A DNA stretch of 64,000 nucleotides. Origin: Patescibacteria group bacterium. GTDB taxonomy: Bacteria; Patescibacteriota; JAQUNI01. The notes under the pieces were generated by a model. The model had not been told where the DNA came from. It saw only the letters and a program-made list of their open reading frames with translations, and searched no databases. The position numbers and the translations under genes were made by a program. Below, piece by piece: positions 1 to 11,700 of the stretch. The first letter of the stretch is position 1. Each line of letters begins with the position of its first letter. The DNA lies in assembly GCA_028717685.1 (NCBI GenBank), contig JAQUNI010000001.1, positions 271,451-335,450 on the forward strand, given 5' to 3'.

Positions 1-18
1 GTTTTTAGAAGCCCTTTT

Positions 19-633
19 TTATTTATCTGGCACTTTGAACATTTTTCCATGTCCAGGAATAATATAATCTGCTATCCCTATGATTCTTTGCCGACTTTTT
101 CTCAATGCCCTTGCGTCCTTCATATAGGGATCCTTGTGGTTAATTAAGCTTACCTCGTCAGTTTCTTGCTTTTGCCCTGCCTGCCACCAAAAAAGATCAC
201 CGGCAATGACCACTTTGCCCCATTCCTTTGTCTTCACTAAAACCGAACAATGAAAGGGATCGTGCCCCGGCGTTCTGATGAGTTTAACATCCATACCCGG
301 AATTTTCCCTCTGTGTTCTCCTATCTTGCCATCCCAGGAATAAACATTACTGTCGTCCCAAACTTGCGCTTTCCGAAAAATAGCGGTTAAAAGAGCGTGG
401 TCTAAATGATAGTGGGTTAAAATAACATAATGGATCTTTTCTGGAGAAAGTTTTTCGCGCTTTAAAGCTTTTAGCAGGGATTTCCTGTCCATACCCGGAT
501 CCACGACAATATTAACGTTCTTCTCCTGAATTAAAGTGGCGGTTGAGGAGGCAAATTCCACTCCTTTTTTTTCTTTGGCATAACCTTGGACTAAAATTTT
601 AATTGCGGGCATAAGTTTTAAGAGGTTAATCAT
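19..633 (-). CDS. MBL-fold metallo-hydrolase
   Basis: VDPG, THYHLDH, TPGH, AGD and IIPGH motifs; the start may be the internal Met (MPAIK). Confidence 0.9.
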   Translation of the reverse strand: MINLLKLMPAIKILVQGYAKEKKGVEFASSTATLIQEKNVNIVVDPGMDRKSLLKALKREKLSPEKIHYVILTHYHLDHALLTAIFRKAQVWDDSNVYSWDGKIGEHRGKIPGMDVKLIRTPGHDPFHCSVLVKTKEWGKVVIAGDLFWWQAGQKQETDEVSLINHKDPYMKDARALRKSRQRIIGIADYIIPGHGKMFKVPDK

Positions 634-644
634 AAAAAAAATAA

Positions 645-1613
645 TCAGGCAAGTCTGCGCTTCTTTTGATGATAATATTCGCTGAAAAGGAAAATCAAAG
701 CCACCAGAACCAACAGACTAATTAAACTAAAAGCGAAACCGCCAAGCATTAAGATTACTGAATCATGAGCGCCGATGCTCTTCATTTCCAACGCATTCTG
801 ATGAAGCAAAACATTTCTTAAATCTTCGGATAGAAACCCTAAAATTAAAAGCGGCAGCAGGCTTAAGGCATTATGGATGAAGTGGTTCAAGACCGCCCAA
901 GAAAAACCATAGCGGATCCGCACAAAACCAAGCACTAATCCTAAGAAAAACTGGGGGGTAACCAGCAGCGGAATAAGAAACCAAATCTGGCTCAATTTTG
1001 TGTAGTTAAAAATATGTAATGAGGCGAAAATCAAGCTGGAGCCATAATATATCCATTGAAAATTTCTCGCGTAAAATTTTTCCGCGCGGCTTTGCTTCAC
1101 AAACTTTTTCAAAACGGAACTTAAAAGAAAACCAACTATTAAAATGAAGGAAAAATAGAAGACAAGACCACGCCAGGAAGTTAAATCAAAAACCCACGGC
1201 GGGAGCAATTTGAAAACCCGCGAAAATAAATAATCACAAACCAACATCAGAAGGAAAACAAGAGAAAAACCTAATTTGTAAGGAGAGTAGCGAAGCCCCA
1301 GCCGAAAAGTCATCTCTTCCGCCAAAGGCGCCCAAAATGCGGCAAATAAAAATAATAAAAAAATCTTCCTTTCTAAAATAAACTGCGTCAGTAAATGATT
1401 TTTTTCGTCATAACCGGCAAGGTTCAGCAAAACCGTAATCACAATGCCCAAAACCATAGCAATTAAGATGGCGAAAGACCAAAGCTTAAAAACGTCCCAA
1501 AATTTGGCTCGTGTTTTCTTTTGAATCAGGCGGATTTGATAACTGGGATGAATAATGAAATGCAAAAAGGACGCGAGAAGACTGGTATTTTCATCCTGAT
1601 TTTGAGTGTTCAT
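645..1613 (-). CDS. CPBP/CAAX-family intramembrane glutamic endopeptidase
   Basis: Multiple TM segments; EEMTFR, FASLH and HFIHN motifs. Confidence 0.85.
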   Translation of the reverse strand: MNTQNQDENTSLLASFLHFIIHPSYQIRLIQKKTRAKFWDVFKLWSFAILIAMVLGIVITVLLNLAGYDEKNHLLTQFILERKIFLLFLFAAFWAPLAEEMTFRLGLRYSPYKLGFSLVFLLMLVCDYLFSRVFKLLPPWVFDLTSWRGLVFYFSFILIVGFLLSSVLKKFVKQSRAEKFYARNFQWIYYGSSLIFASLHIFNYTKLSQIWFLIPLLVTPQFFLGLVLGFVRIRYGFSWAVLNHFIHNALSLLPLLILGFLSEDLRNVLLHQNALEMKSIGAHDSVILMLGGFAFSLISLLVLVALIFLFSEYYHQKKRRLA

Positions 1614-1748
1614 CTTAGAATAAGAGAGAATTTATATAAGTTCATTCTACCATTAAAGCACGGCATTGAAAACAAAAAAGCGCCAAAATTTTGGCGCGTG
1701 CAAAGCAAAGTTTTGTTTATCTCCGCTCCAAAATTTTGGCGCGGGGGT

Positions 1749-4700
1749 TTACCTCATAATGATCATCTTTTTAAAAGCGGCAAAACCTCCCGCCTGAAAA
1801 GTATAAAAATAAATGCCGCTTCCCACCCTTTCTCCTTTTTCATTTTGACCATCCCAATAAGCCGCCTTATCCGGACCTGTATAAAATCCGGCGCGTTTGC
1901 GCCCCAACGGGAGTGCGCGCACAAGCTCCCCTGCTGTCGTGTAAATCATAATTTCTACATTTGCTTCGTCCCTCAATTCATAAGGAATCCACGTTTCCCC
2001 ATTAAAAGGATTAGGGTAATTTTGACCCATACTGTTATCTTGAGCAATGGTGGAAGTAGAGGGAGAATCAGGAATAGATGAGTCTTGAACCGCTGAAGGT
2101 TCTGCTTTGAACACACTCCCTGTTAAAAAAGTCTGTTCAAATGTACCATCGCCATTCGTATCCATCTGGATAGTTACTCCTTTCTCACCCGCGGCTGAAG
2201 CCTCCCAATTAATGGAATACTGATGCACTGCACCCTCGGCAATGTGGATATCCAAGGTATTAAAAATGATCGGATTCAGTCCCTCCTCCTTAAGCAGGGT
2301 AACTTCTAATTGATAATCGCCCTCGCGCGCGCCTACCACCTGAAATTGATATTCCCCCTTTGGATCAGACAAAACCACAGTTTGAGCTGCTTCTGGACCG
2401 TAATAGCCAGTGTAATAAGAATGAGGAATGTCTGTCAGAATACTACCAGCGCCCGTATAATTCCCTTCCGCGTCAATAACTTTAAGCTTGACCACTCCCC
2501 GAGCAGTAAGAGCGATATGAGGAGATTTTGGAACAGAAAAGCATTGCCAAGAACTGACCTTGCCGCCCACGATTTCTATGACCCGAAAACCGAAATCACC
2601 TTTCGTAGCGCTCGCGGTCTGCAGAAAATAAGGATCAAAGGAACCTAGCTCTTCTATCTGGCTGCCCTCGGCGTCAAAATTTTGATTTTGATGCGTATGA
2701 CCACTTAAAACTAACTGCACATTATATAATTTGCAGTAAGTAAGGAAAGGATCACGGAAGTTTGCAATCGCGGCGTCTTCATATTCTCCGCCGGTTCTCT
2801 CTCCTTTATCTTTTCTTCCAGTGAAAACCGGATGGTGCATAAAGATAATTTTTTTACTCTCTTTCTTAAAACGAGTGAGCGCAGAAATTTGGGCGTCCGC
2901 TAAGCCATTTCCTTCAGGACCCAAATCCTTTAGGTTCACTTTTTGCCAGTCGCCTGCTTCCAAGTCTAGCGCGAAATCTTCTCCTGAATCTAAACCGATA
3001 AAAAGATAGTTTTGATATTCAAACGAGAAGTTATCATAGCGCGATTCAAAATTGGCAATAAGCGGTTTGACCCCTAGATTTTCCAGATAAGGATAAGTTC
3101 CTTGATGATAGCTTCGCAACATATCATCCCCAAAACCTAAAAATCCGGAAACTGGCGCGCCATACCAAGTGTAGCGGTCATGATTGCCAGGCACAAAGTA
3201 AACTGGAATGCCGCTACCCTTGGTAAAGGTATCGATAAAGGAGATAAAGGTCGCAAACCATTCGTTTTTACTATATTCCACATTATCGCCACTTATTAAA
3301 ACAAAGGCTGGCTTCGGGTCTAAAGTGTTGATCTTTTCCAAGGTCAGGGCAAAATTGCAGTAAGACTTTTCTTCCGACCAGTCAAAGTTATTGCCGCCAA
3401 TATGAACATCGGTGATATGGACAAAGGAAAATGGCGCAGATAATGGAGGAGTATTACCAAAACGGAAAATGAATAAACCATCATAACCCGCCAAATAAAT
3501 ATAACCCCCTGCGGCACAAACCTGTCTTGCCGCTTTGGACGCATTATGAAAACCTATCTCTTGAGGATTGGCTTTGTCTCTAAGATCAATAATCCGCAGT
3601 CCTCCCCTATAATCCGCGAGATAAGCAAAATAATCATCCACATCCACAGCGTAAGCTTCACCGGGAGTATCTAGAGACCCCACAAGGCGCGGCGCTACAG
3701 GGTTGGCAACATCCAAAATCTTAAAACCCGCTCTCCAATCCGCCACGTAAGCATAAGAACCCTCTACCCGCACATCATTTGCAGAAGAAGTGGAATAAAA
3801 TCCCACTTCTTTAGGACTAGAAGGATCAGAAACATCAATAATCCTTAAACCCAGGCGAGAATCCGCCAGATAAATATAATCACCGGAAAGGTATATTCCA
3901 CTGATGCTGCACGAAATTCTGCAAACACTGACAATCCACGGCTTCTTAGGATTCGCGATATCAATAATAAGGAGCGAACAGCCGCTAACCACATAGGCAT
4001 AACCGCCTTGAACATAGACTCTATTAATATCTTGAGAAGCCTGCACCAAAGCGAGAGACTGGGGATCTGCCGGTTGGCTAATATCCACTATTTCTAACCC
4101 TTTATACCGTTTAGCTAAAAACAGAAGCGAATCCATTCCCGCGATGGCTTCAATGTCGTCAAGAACACTGTGACGAGCAATCTCTCGCGGTTCACTAGGA
4201 TCAGAAATATCCAAAATCCGCAACCCGAAACCCTCGCTGGCAACATAGGCGTAACCCTCGTGGACATAAACATCGGTAAATCTGCCGGCTGTGTCATAAT
4301 GCCCAACCTCTTGGGGATTCTTCGGATCAGCAATATTGATAATCCTCAACCCAGCGTTTTCACTGCCCACGTAAGCGAAATTACCATCAACCCAGACGCC
4401 GCGCGCGAATCCTGGCGCGACAAAAAAACCCATCTCTTGGGGATTTTCGGGGCGCGTTACATCAATAATCCGCAAGCCTTGATCTTGGTCGGCAACATAG
4501 GCATATTGTCCTCTCACAAAGACAGCAGAAACATACGCCGCAGATAAGGAACAAGAAGCGAGTTTCCGAGGCGAAAAGGGGTTAGCAATATCTATAACCA
4601 TTAAACCGTAATCGTTATAAAGCACATAGGCGCAATTTCCTTCTATAACCACACTCCAAAAACGCGCTCCAAAATTACCACTGCCTACAAGACGAGGGTT

Positions 4701-5261
4701 CTTGGGATCAGAAATATCAACAACCTTTAGTCCCTCCTTGTCTGCCGCGACATAAGCATACTGACCCGCAACCTTTACATCAGAGGCAAAGGTACTAAAA
4801 AATCCAATCTCCAGAGGATTTCCAGGGTCGGAAACGTCAATAATTCTCAAACCCCCTTCGCTGTTAGCAAGATAAACATAATGGCCGGCAACATCAATCC
4901 CGTCCGCGTAACCCGACAGATGTAAAACAGCAATCTCCCGGGGGTTGTTATGTTCAGAAACATCAATAATCCTAAGCCCTGCTACCCAATCAGCTAAATA
5001 CACTAAGTTTCCCCGGACGCAAATGTCTTTCGGCATAGAACCAAGATACAGTCTGCCCACCTCCACCGGCTGCCGAGGTTCTATAATATCTAAGATCACC
5101 AAAGCCTCACCCGCGCTCAAATAGCAGTAATCGCCCGCCACGCACACATCATACGCTGTCCCTAAACCCCACCTTGCTACCAATTCCACATTTTCTCCCA
5201 CAACGCAATTCACAAAGCAAAACAGAATCAAAAATACTATTCCTAAAAGCATCCGTTTCAT
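1749..5261 (-). CDS. Secreted LVIVD-repeat protein + calcineurin-like metallophosphoesterase + C-terminal FlgD-Ig/T9SS-type-A-like sorting domain
   Basis: Signal peptide; about 13 YAYVAD..GLRIIDVSDP repeats; DVH, GDN, GNHD, HHP, GHTH motifs; terminal QNYPNPFNGETWIPY...AAYWDG...SGIYFY; AGGAGG SD. Confidence 0.88.
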   Translation of the reverse strand: MKRMLLGIVFLILFCFVNCVVGENVELVARWGLGTAYDVCVAGDYCYLSAGEALVILDIIEPRQPVEVGRLYLGSMPKDICVRGNLVYLADWVAGLRIIDVSEHNNPREIAVLHLSGYADGIDVAGHYVYLANSEGGLRIIDVSDPGNPLEIGFFSTFASDVKVAGQYAYVAADKEGLKVVDISDPKNPRLVGSGNFGARFWSVVIEGNCAYVLYNDYGLMVIDIANPFSPRKLASCSLSAAYVSAVFVRGQYAYVADQDQGLRIIDVTRPENPQEMGFFVAPGFARGVWVDGNFAYVGSENAGLRIINIADPKNPQEVGHYDTAGRFTDVYVHEGYAYVASEGFGLRILDISDPSEPREIARHSVLDDIEAIAGMDSLLFLAKRYKGLEIVDISQPADPQSLALVQASQDINRVYVQGGYAYVVSGCSLLIIDIANPKKPWIVSVCRISCSISGIYLSGDYIYLADSRLGLRIIDVSDPSSPKEVGFYSTSSANDVRVEGSYAYVADWRAGFKILDVANPVAPRLVGSLDTPGEAYAVDVDDYFAYLADYRGGLRIIDLRDKANPQEIGFHNASKAARQVCAAGGYIYLAGYDGLFIFRFGNTPPLSAPFSFVHITDVHIGGNNFDWSEEKSYCNFALTLEKINTLDPKPAFVLISGDNVEYSKNEWFATFISFIDTFTKGSGIPVYFVPGNHDRYTWYGAPVSGFLGFGDDMLRSYHQGTYPYLENLGVKPLIANFESRYDNFSFEYQNYLFIGLDSGEDFALDLEAGDWQKVNLKDLGPEGNGLADAQISALTRFKKESKKIIFMHHPVFTGRKDKGERTGGEYEDAAIANFRDPFLTYCKLYNVQLVLSGHTHQNQNFDAEGSQIEELGSFDPYFLQTASATKGDFGFRVIEIVGGKVSSWQCFSVPKSPHIALTARGVVKLKVIDAEGNYTGAGSILTDIPHSYYTGYYGPEAAQTVVLSDPKGEYQFQVVGAREGDYQLEVTLLKEEGLNPIIFNTLDIHIAEGAVHQYSINWEASAAGEKGVTIQMDTNGDGTFEQTFLTGSVFKAEPSAVQDSSIPDSPSTSTIAQDNSMGQNYPNPFNGETWIPYELRDEANVEIMIYTTAGELVRALPLGRKRAGFYTGPDKAAYWDGQNEKGERVGSGIYFYTFQAGGFAAFKKMIIMR

Positions 5262-5370
5262 AACGAACCCTCCTTAATAAAAATATACCAAGAATACTAG
5301 AATCCCTTTCTATATTTTCACAATAATTTGTCAAAGGACCTTTTCAAAAAATAAGATTCTGAAATTTTAC

Positions 5371-5847
5371 TTAAATATTCAGCCTCCAAATGGAAAAATT
5401 CAATATGGCTGCGAAACTTACCCAAAGTATATAGGGTAAAAGCAAAAGTCCGGCAACGCGGCTGATGCGGTAAAAAACAATAACCGTAGCTAAAATGGAA
5501 AGCCACAAAATAAGAATTTCCAGAAAGGCTATTTGGGGAGAATGCAAGCCAAAAAATAAACTTGACCACAAAACATTGAGCATAAGCTGCCCAAAAAAGA
5601 TGGAAAGCGCCCTCTCCCTTTCTCTACCCCCGCCCTTTTGCCAAACTAAATATAATGCAATCCCCATTAAGAGAAAAAGCGTGGTCCAAGCTGGCGCAAA
5701 AACCCAATTCGGCGGAGAAAAGCTGGGTTTGACCAGAGAAGCGTACCACCCCGGAATCGCCGGCATAGTAAAAAGCGAACCTAGAACTCCCACCCCTTGG
5801 CAAACCACGACAGAAACGATAAGTTGAACAATCTTTTTACTTCGCAT
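5371..5847 (-). CDS. tspO: TspO/MBR tryptophan-rich sensory protein
   Basis: WYASLVKPSFSPPNWVFAPAWT and LLPYILWVSFAAILN. Confidence 0.93.
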   Translation of the reverse strand: MRSKKIVQLIVSVVVCQGVGVLGSLFTMPAIPGWYASLVKPSFSPPNWVFAPAWTTLFLLMGIALYLVWQKGGGRERERALSIFFGQLMLNVLWSSLFFGLHSPQIAFLEILILWLSILATVIVFYRISRVAGLLLLPYILWVSFAAILNFSIWRLNI

Positions 5848-5993
5848 ATTTTTATTTCCCTTACGATTAATTTTTAAAAAATTAAACTAATGTTTCTTGC
5901 ACTATTGCTAATTATTATATTTTATGTTATGATAATATGTTCGTCTTAAACCACAGAGCTGGCATTATAACACAAAAAAGGAGAGATTTAGCT

Positions 5994-6347
5994 ATGGAAG
6001 AAAGATTGCAAAAAGTTCCGGCATTGAAAATTGTTCTTTCTATTTTTTTCGTCATTGTCTTGACAGGGCTACCCATCCTGCACATCTCACACGCGCCGAG
6101 AATAGAAATTAATCCAATAAAGAAGGTTGTAAATTCAATTGTTGTCGCTATCGCCTTCATCCTTACTTACGGCATAGGGTTTGTGGTGATTATTAAAGAC
6201 ATCATCAACAAATTCCGAAGGAAAAAAGTGAATAACGAAAGTTTCTTTGTTATTTGGATCCTCTTCTGTGTGGGCGTTCCTATTCTATATATGCTTTTGG
6301 GAACAATTTGGGGTAGGTTAGATCTAAGTGCGCTTTTTGACTGGTAG
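5994..6347 (+). CDS. Hypothetical small 3-TM membrane protein
   Basis: AGGAG SD before ATG 5994 (MEERL); three hydrophobic segments. Confidence 0.65.
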   Translation: MEERLQKVPALKIVLSIFFVIVLTGLPILHISHAPRIEINPIKKVVNSIVVAIAFILTYGIGFVVIIKDIINKFRRKKVNNESFFVIWILFCVGVPILYMLLGTIWGRLDLSALFDW

Positions 6348-6571
6348 CCCAATCCGTACATAAGTACGGATTTTTTTATTACCCTTCGAAGGATTTTTAA
6401 AATCTCGCGGGACGTAAATTTTTCGGAATCTATTACAAAGCTAATCAAATCTGGAGAAAAAAACAACTGGATGTAAATGATCAGCTATAAAAACAAAAAG
6501 GCACTAACTCAATCCACTAAAATTTGTTATAATCAAAGAAAGAAAAATAAAAATCCTAACCGCCCAAATCT

Positions 6572-7237
6572 ATGTCCAAGAAAAAAACCATTTTTCTAAG
6601 CCTCGGCATTCTCATTGTGATTGCGGTGGTGATTTTTCTGGTCTGGTTTATCCCCAACTATCGCCGCCATCTAAAAGTGCAAGAAAAATATGGTCCTCTA
6701 CCCACAGAGGTGGAAAGGATGGCAGAAAAATATGAGGCAATGGAAGAACATCCGCAAGTGACTCCCGAACAAAAAGAGGCAACAATCAAAGAGATTGAAG
6801 CGATCGCTCATAATCTTGTAAACGGCACCAATGATATTGGCGAACCGATTCTACCACCGAATGAAATCTTTGTCAATCCTGAAGTCTGGGATGAAACAAA
6901 ATATAGCGTCACCCTTGAGCTTTACGCCGATGGTCAAACCAGTGATGTGGCAATTAAGAAAAAGATGTGGCCTATGATTGGGAGAATTTTGAAAACCCTC
7001 TACACCAGCAAACAACCCATCGGCAGAGTCGTGATCAGCGTAACCCAGAAAGATACCTCGTCTTATGAAAAGATGGTGCGCACTGAATTATTGCTCCTCT
7101 TTTTAACAGCATCTGATGTAGAAAAAGCCAAGATTAACTGGAACCAGGACGAGCAAACCCTATACTTTAATGTCTTGCCCAATACATGGGAAACAGTGAA
7201 CATTGACCCTAATTTTGCCACGGCGCAAATTGACTAA
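6572..7237 (+). CDS. Hypothetical N-terminally membrane-anchored protein
   Basis: 221 aa ORF, basic N-terminus plus one TM helix. Confidence 0.75.
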   Translation: MSKKKTIFLSLGILIVIAVVIFLVWFIPNYRRHLKVQEKYGPLPTEVERMAEKYEAMEEHPQVTPEQKEATIKEIEAIAHNLVNGTNDIGEPILPPNEIFVNPEVWDETKYSVTLELYADGQTSDVAIKKKMWPMIGRILKTLYTSKQPIGRVVISVTQKDTSSYEKMVRTELLLLFLTASDVEKAKINWNQDEQTLYFNVLPNTWETVNIDPNFATAQID

Positions 7238-7332
7238 GCCAACGCACTTTTCTTTGGTGGTTTAATTCTTATGAATTAAACTCAATATTTCCGTAAATTG
7301 TTGGCAAGGGAGGGAACCTAAACTAAAAACTA

Positions 7333-7360
7333 TTGACAATATTGAAATATGTTGTATAAT
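7333..7360 (+). promoter_or_regulatory. Sigma70-type promoter
   Basis: TTGACA (7333-7338), 16 nt spacer, TATAAT (7355-7360), upstream of the 7430 gene. Confidence 0.7.
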
Positions 7361-7429
7361 TATTAAGCTCCATTTCGTGCTGTTCCTTTCACTTTTATAA
7401 CGTATATTTTTTATTCAGGAGGGATTGAA

Positions 7430-7906
7430 ATGAAAAAGAATCTGATTTCGGTTGTTTTATTGATGTTCTTGATAATAACAATGGTGCCTATTTTTGCCAA
7501 CAGCGAAGAAACGCATTGCGCCATTAATATAGAACCTGCAAAGACTGGTACTGAAGACAAAACCCAGCTGATGATTGTTGGGGGGTATATTGATGAAACA
7601 ATACAGGACCTTTTGCCCACGACAACAATAATCGTAGAGCTGAATGGCGTCAAGATCCCTGCCGAGATCCACGAAAATATGACATACACCGCGACATTTA
7701 TAACATTCGGAGGATATGTCGCAGGGGTTGGCGATGCTGTGACTATATCTATGGATAAGAATGGGGTAGAGTTGTTTTCAAAAAAGCATATTCTGACCCA
7801 AACGGAGATCAATGAAAAGAATTGTATAATTGATCTCGGGCTTTCATCCACAGCTACATCCCCCCTAAAAATTTGCCCCACAACTTGGGGAGCGCTAAAA
7901 AGATGA
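7430..7906 (+). CDS. Secreted protein ending in a TTWGALKR C-terminal motif
   Basis: AGGAGG SD, signal peptide MKKNLISVVLLMFLIITMVPIFA, terminal TWGxLK motif. Confidence 0.75.
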   Translation: MKKNLISVVLLMFLIITMVPIFANSEETHCAINIEPAKTGTEDKTQLMIVGGYIDETIQDLLPTTTIIVELNGVKIPAEIHENMTYTATFITFGGYVAGVGDAVTISMDKNGVELFSKKHILTQTEINEKNCIIDLGLSSTATSPLKICPTTWGALKR

Positions 7907-7984
7907 TTTCTGGATAAAAAATATTTTCCTAGGTTGTAACGATTTTTAATTCGGAGGTACAAAATAGTTCAAGACGCAAAGCTG

Positions 7985-8009
7985 AGGCAGTGACCATACT
8001 GCCTTTTTT
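7985..8009 (+). terminator. Rho-independent terminator
   Basis: AGGCAGT-loop-ACTGCCT followed by a T run. Confidence 0.65.
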
Positions 8010-8046
8010 ATTTTTCACGATTCTAAACTTTTTATTATATTTCCTC

Positions 8047-8076
8047 GTAGCTTTAGGTCTTAAGACCTAAAGCTAC
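8047..8076. repeat. Perfect 30-bp palindrome starting GTAG (REP-like)
   Basis: GTAGCTTTAGGTCTT|AAGACCTAAAGCTAC. Confidence 0.7.
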
Positions 8077-8109
8077 TCCGACGAGTTGTCTCAATCAGAA
8101 TGACTTTAC

Positions 8110-8640
8110 TTATTTAAACACAATCGGGATTTCGATCGCTGCGTCGTTTTCAGGCAGACCAGAAGGATTGTCTCGGCGCAAAATCAAAGTGCCCTTGTTA
8201 CTCACTTCAGTATTAGGTTTGGTAAATTTGATCGTGCCCTCAAAATCCACAAACTCCTCGGTCATCCATTCCCCTTTGGCTTCGGCATACCCATTGGTAA
8301 TAATTTTACCGTCCCAATCCATTAAGGACACGGGGAAGCTCCCTTCAAAATACCAAGTCCCCCGCGCTCGACCGCGCACAATTAACGGCGAGGCAATCGC
8401 CTCTCCGGGTTGCGGTGAAGTCACAACAATCATCTCATTGGTTTCCGCAGCAGGCGGGTTTGTCTCATCTCCTTCACTGTCTGATGTTGGCGGGATTGCC
8501 GTATCCTCTTCACCTTTGGGTGCAGGGGGGGTTACCTGTTGTTTTTCGCCCTGCTCACAACTTGCTCCCAAAAACAAAGAACCTGTAAGGAGCAAAAACG
8601 CCACTGTGCTAATCTTTAGGATGTTTTTTCTTTTGAGCAT
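8110..8640 (-). CDS. Lipoprotein with Gmad2 immunoglobulin-like domain
   Basis: Lipobox LGASC; SPLIVRGRARGTWYFEGSFPV...DNPSGLPEN pattern. Confidence 0.85.
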   Translation of the reverse strand: MLKRKNILKISTVAFLLLTGSLFLGASCEQGEKQQVTPPAPKGEEDTAIPPTSDSEGDETNPPAAETNEMIVVTSPQPGEAIASPLIVRGRARGTWYFEGSFPVSLMDWDGKIITNGYAEAKGEWMTEEFVDFEGTIKFTKPNTEVSNKGTLILRRDNPSGLPENDAAIEIPIVFK

Positions 8641-8768
8641 AGTTTTGTTTTGATTGGTTTGTTTAATTGCTTTTAAGTCTTTACATTAAAAATATAATGA
8701 TGGGCAAAGATATAGGCAAAAATTTATGGTTCAAATCAGGAGACCTGAATTAACAAGGATAAAAAAAC

Positions 8769-11700
8769 TTAGAGTTTTCTGTATTCGCAAATCTCCCGAA
8801 AATCACAATATTTACAGACATAGGGGTTAGGGCACGGAGCGAAGGAGGAAGATTTGATTTTTTGAATCGTTTCGGAAATGTCAGTTTTTAATTTGGTTAA
8901 CTCCTTATCGCTTCCTAAAAATGAAATCTCCTGATTATTTTTGAAAAAGTAAAAGGTTAGTTTTTGCGGCTTAAGGCGCAAAACTTCTTCCGCGGCTAAT
9001 TGGTAAAGCAGGAGCTGAGCGCGCTGGTCGCGGGTAAGACGCTCTCTTGCTTCCCCTGTTTTATAATCCACAATCGCCACCCCGCCATCTACTTCATCCA
9101 CGCGGTCAATGCGACCAATCACGACCGCGCCATCAATTTTTAAACGAAAAGCTTTTTCCACGCCCAGAACCTTGGGCCAATTGTTCTGACGCGCTTCATA
9201 AAATGTTTTCAGCTGTTTTAAGCCTTGTTGTTTATACTTTTTCTGCGTCGCTTCGTCTGGATACCAATCATCAATCCAAGCGTTCTCATAAATCTTTTTT
9301 AATGCCTCCCATGTAATTTTATTGCCCTTATTCCGCAGAGACATTACCTGCGACTTTTCTGTATTTCTAAATCCAAACAAATCGGTTTGCATGGCGTTTT
9401 CTTGGTTTTGCAAAAGATGAAACAAATCATACATTACCTTGTGCATTGCTTGACCAAAGCTATGCTGATAATGACCGCGCTTCGGGATGCGGATGCCAAA
9501 TTGAAACTTGTATTGCAAAGGGCATTTTTGGAAAGCCGCGAGCTGGGAAAAGCTAAAATGTTTAGGAAGCCTTAGGGCTTCTTGCGGAATTCTAATTGTT
9601 TTGGGAATCGCGATTTGCAAATCCTCCAAAACCCGCTTCTCTCGCGGAATAGATAGAGACGCGGAATCTTGCGTCTCTATATTTTTCGCGGCAATGTTGC
9701 ACTCAATCAAAAAGCGGGAGAGTTTTTTAGCTCTGGCGCCACCGTAATTTGCCGCCGAAGTGAAAAACACTCCTTCTTTGGCACGCGTTACGGCAACATA
9801 AAAAAGCCTCCGCTCTTCCTGAAGGTGAATATCACCTTCAGGCAAGATTTCTTTAACCAAGGAATCGGGAATCTCTATCGGGTCGCGGCGGTTGATACTC
9901 GGAAATCTTTTATCCACCATACCTACAATAAACACATAGCGGAATTCCAAGCCCTTCGCTTTATGAATCGTCATAATCTTAACCGCTTCAGGTCCGGCTT
10001 CCAGATCCATATCAAGCGCCCCCTCGTCCCCTGCTTCCTGCTCTAAGTTGATACGTTTAATAAAATCCTGGAGCCTCGCGCGGGTCGTAGTCTCGGTTTC
10101 AAAATTTTTAACTTTTTTGGCGAATTGATTTAAATAAAAAATATTGTCCCGCGTTTCCTGGTCGTCTTTGCCCCCTAAATATTTTAAATATCCAGAATCT
10201 TCCATAAAAGCGAAGAAGACGGCGTGAATTGTCGCGTCGCGGACAATTTGAGAATGTTTTTGAATCAAGGATAAAATTTTCCTGGTTTGATCCTTGCTCT
10301 CCGGGCTGATTCGCAAAAGGTCGGCTTGGAGAAGGGCGCGATACAGACTTGTGCCTTTGCGTCCCGCCCAATAATTCAATTCCACCAGATCTTCGGTTTT
10401 GATTTTGAAGATGGGAAGATTTAAAATGCGGTATAAGCTCGGGCTTTCGTGGTAATTATCCAGAAGATTAAAATAAGCGAGGACATCCATAATAATCGGC
10501 TTTTTGTATAAGCCTCGGCTCGCAGCCCAAACATAAGGCACGCCCGCTTCTTTCAAGCCGTGCGCGAAAATCTCGGAGATTTCATTGGTGCGCGACAGGA
10601 TGGCAAAATCGTTCCAAGTCAAATCTTTATTCCTTTGTATTAAATCCACCATCTTTTTGACCACTTTTTCCACTTCTCTCTTCTGATCCGAAAGATGCAA
10701 ATGTTCCACCATCCCTTTCTCGCCAGTTTGCGACTGCAACTTTTTGCTCACTTTGCCGCCGAGCTTAACCTCTAGGCGTTCCGGATTATTGAGTTTAATA
10801 AATTCATAAGATAAATCCAAAATATTCTGGCGCGAACGGTAATTATTGGTAATAAAGACTTCGGCAGAATCCGGATAGTCGCGTTTAAATTCCAAAATAT
10901 TGGAAACTGACGCCCCGCGGAATTTATAGATTGATTGGTCATCGTCGCCAGTCACGGTCAAATTGTTTTCAGGCCGGCTGAGAAGTTTCACTAATTCGTA
11001 TTGCGCGTAATTGGTGTCCTGAAATTCATCCACGAGAATATATTTAAAACGGTTTTGATAAAGGGCTAGAACCGAGGGGCGCGACTGCAAGAGTTTTAAA
11101 GCGTAATTAATAAGGTCGCCAAAGTCCAAAGCATTGTTCTGCAGTAATAAGTCTTGATATACTTTGTACGCTTTGGCGACTTCCAAAAGCCGCTCCCCTT
11201 CCCCACTCGCGCGGTCTCTTTCCTCCAGAGCCGCGCCCTGATCCAGTTTCATGTTCTCGGCATATTCCAAATATTCCGCGGGTGAGATTAATTCATCTTT
11301 TAAACGCGAGAAGTGCTGAACAAGGGCTTGGATAAATTTAGTCGGATTGCCCAAGGGTTTGTAATAATCTAGATCAAATTTGTCCAGATTTTCGCGAATT
11401 AAAATCCATTGGTCTGTGGCGTTTAATAATTTAAAATCATTGGGGAGACCGATGTCCAAGGCGTGCTCTTTTAAAATCCTTTGCCCCAGCCCGTGAAAGG
11501 TATCAATCCAAATATCCACATAGCCATAGGGCAAAAGCTCGTCCACGCGATTCTCCATTTCCTCGGCGGCTTTTTCCGTAAAGGTTACGGCTAAGATTTC
11601 TTCGGGCTTGGCTAAACCTTTGTAAATCAAATAGGCAATGCGGCGGGTAATGACCGTAGTTTTTCCAGTCCCCGCGCCAGCCACAATTAAAAGCGGACCC

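Noticed and set aside
7411-7962. 183-aa minus-strand ORF and the many other antisense ORFs in the track
   Set aside because: Shadows of better-supported genes that have SD sites, promoters or family motifs
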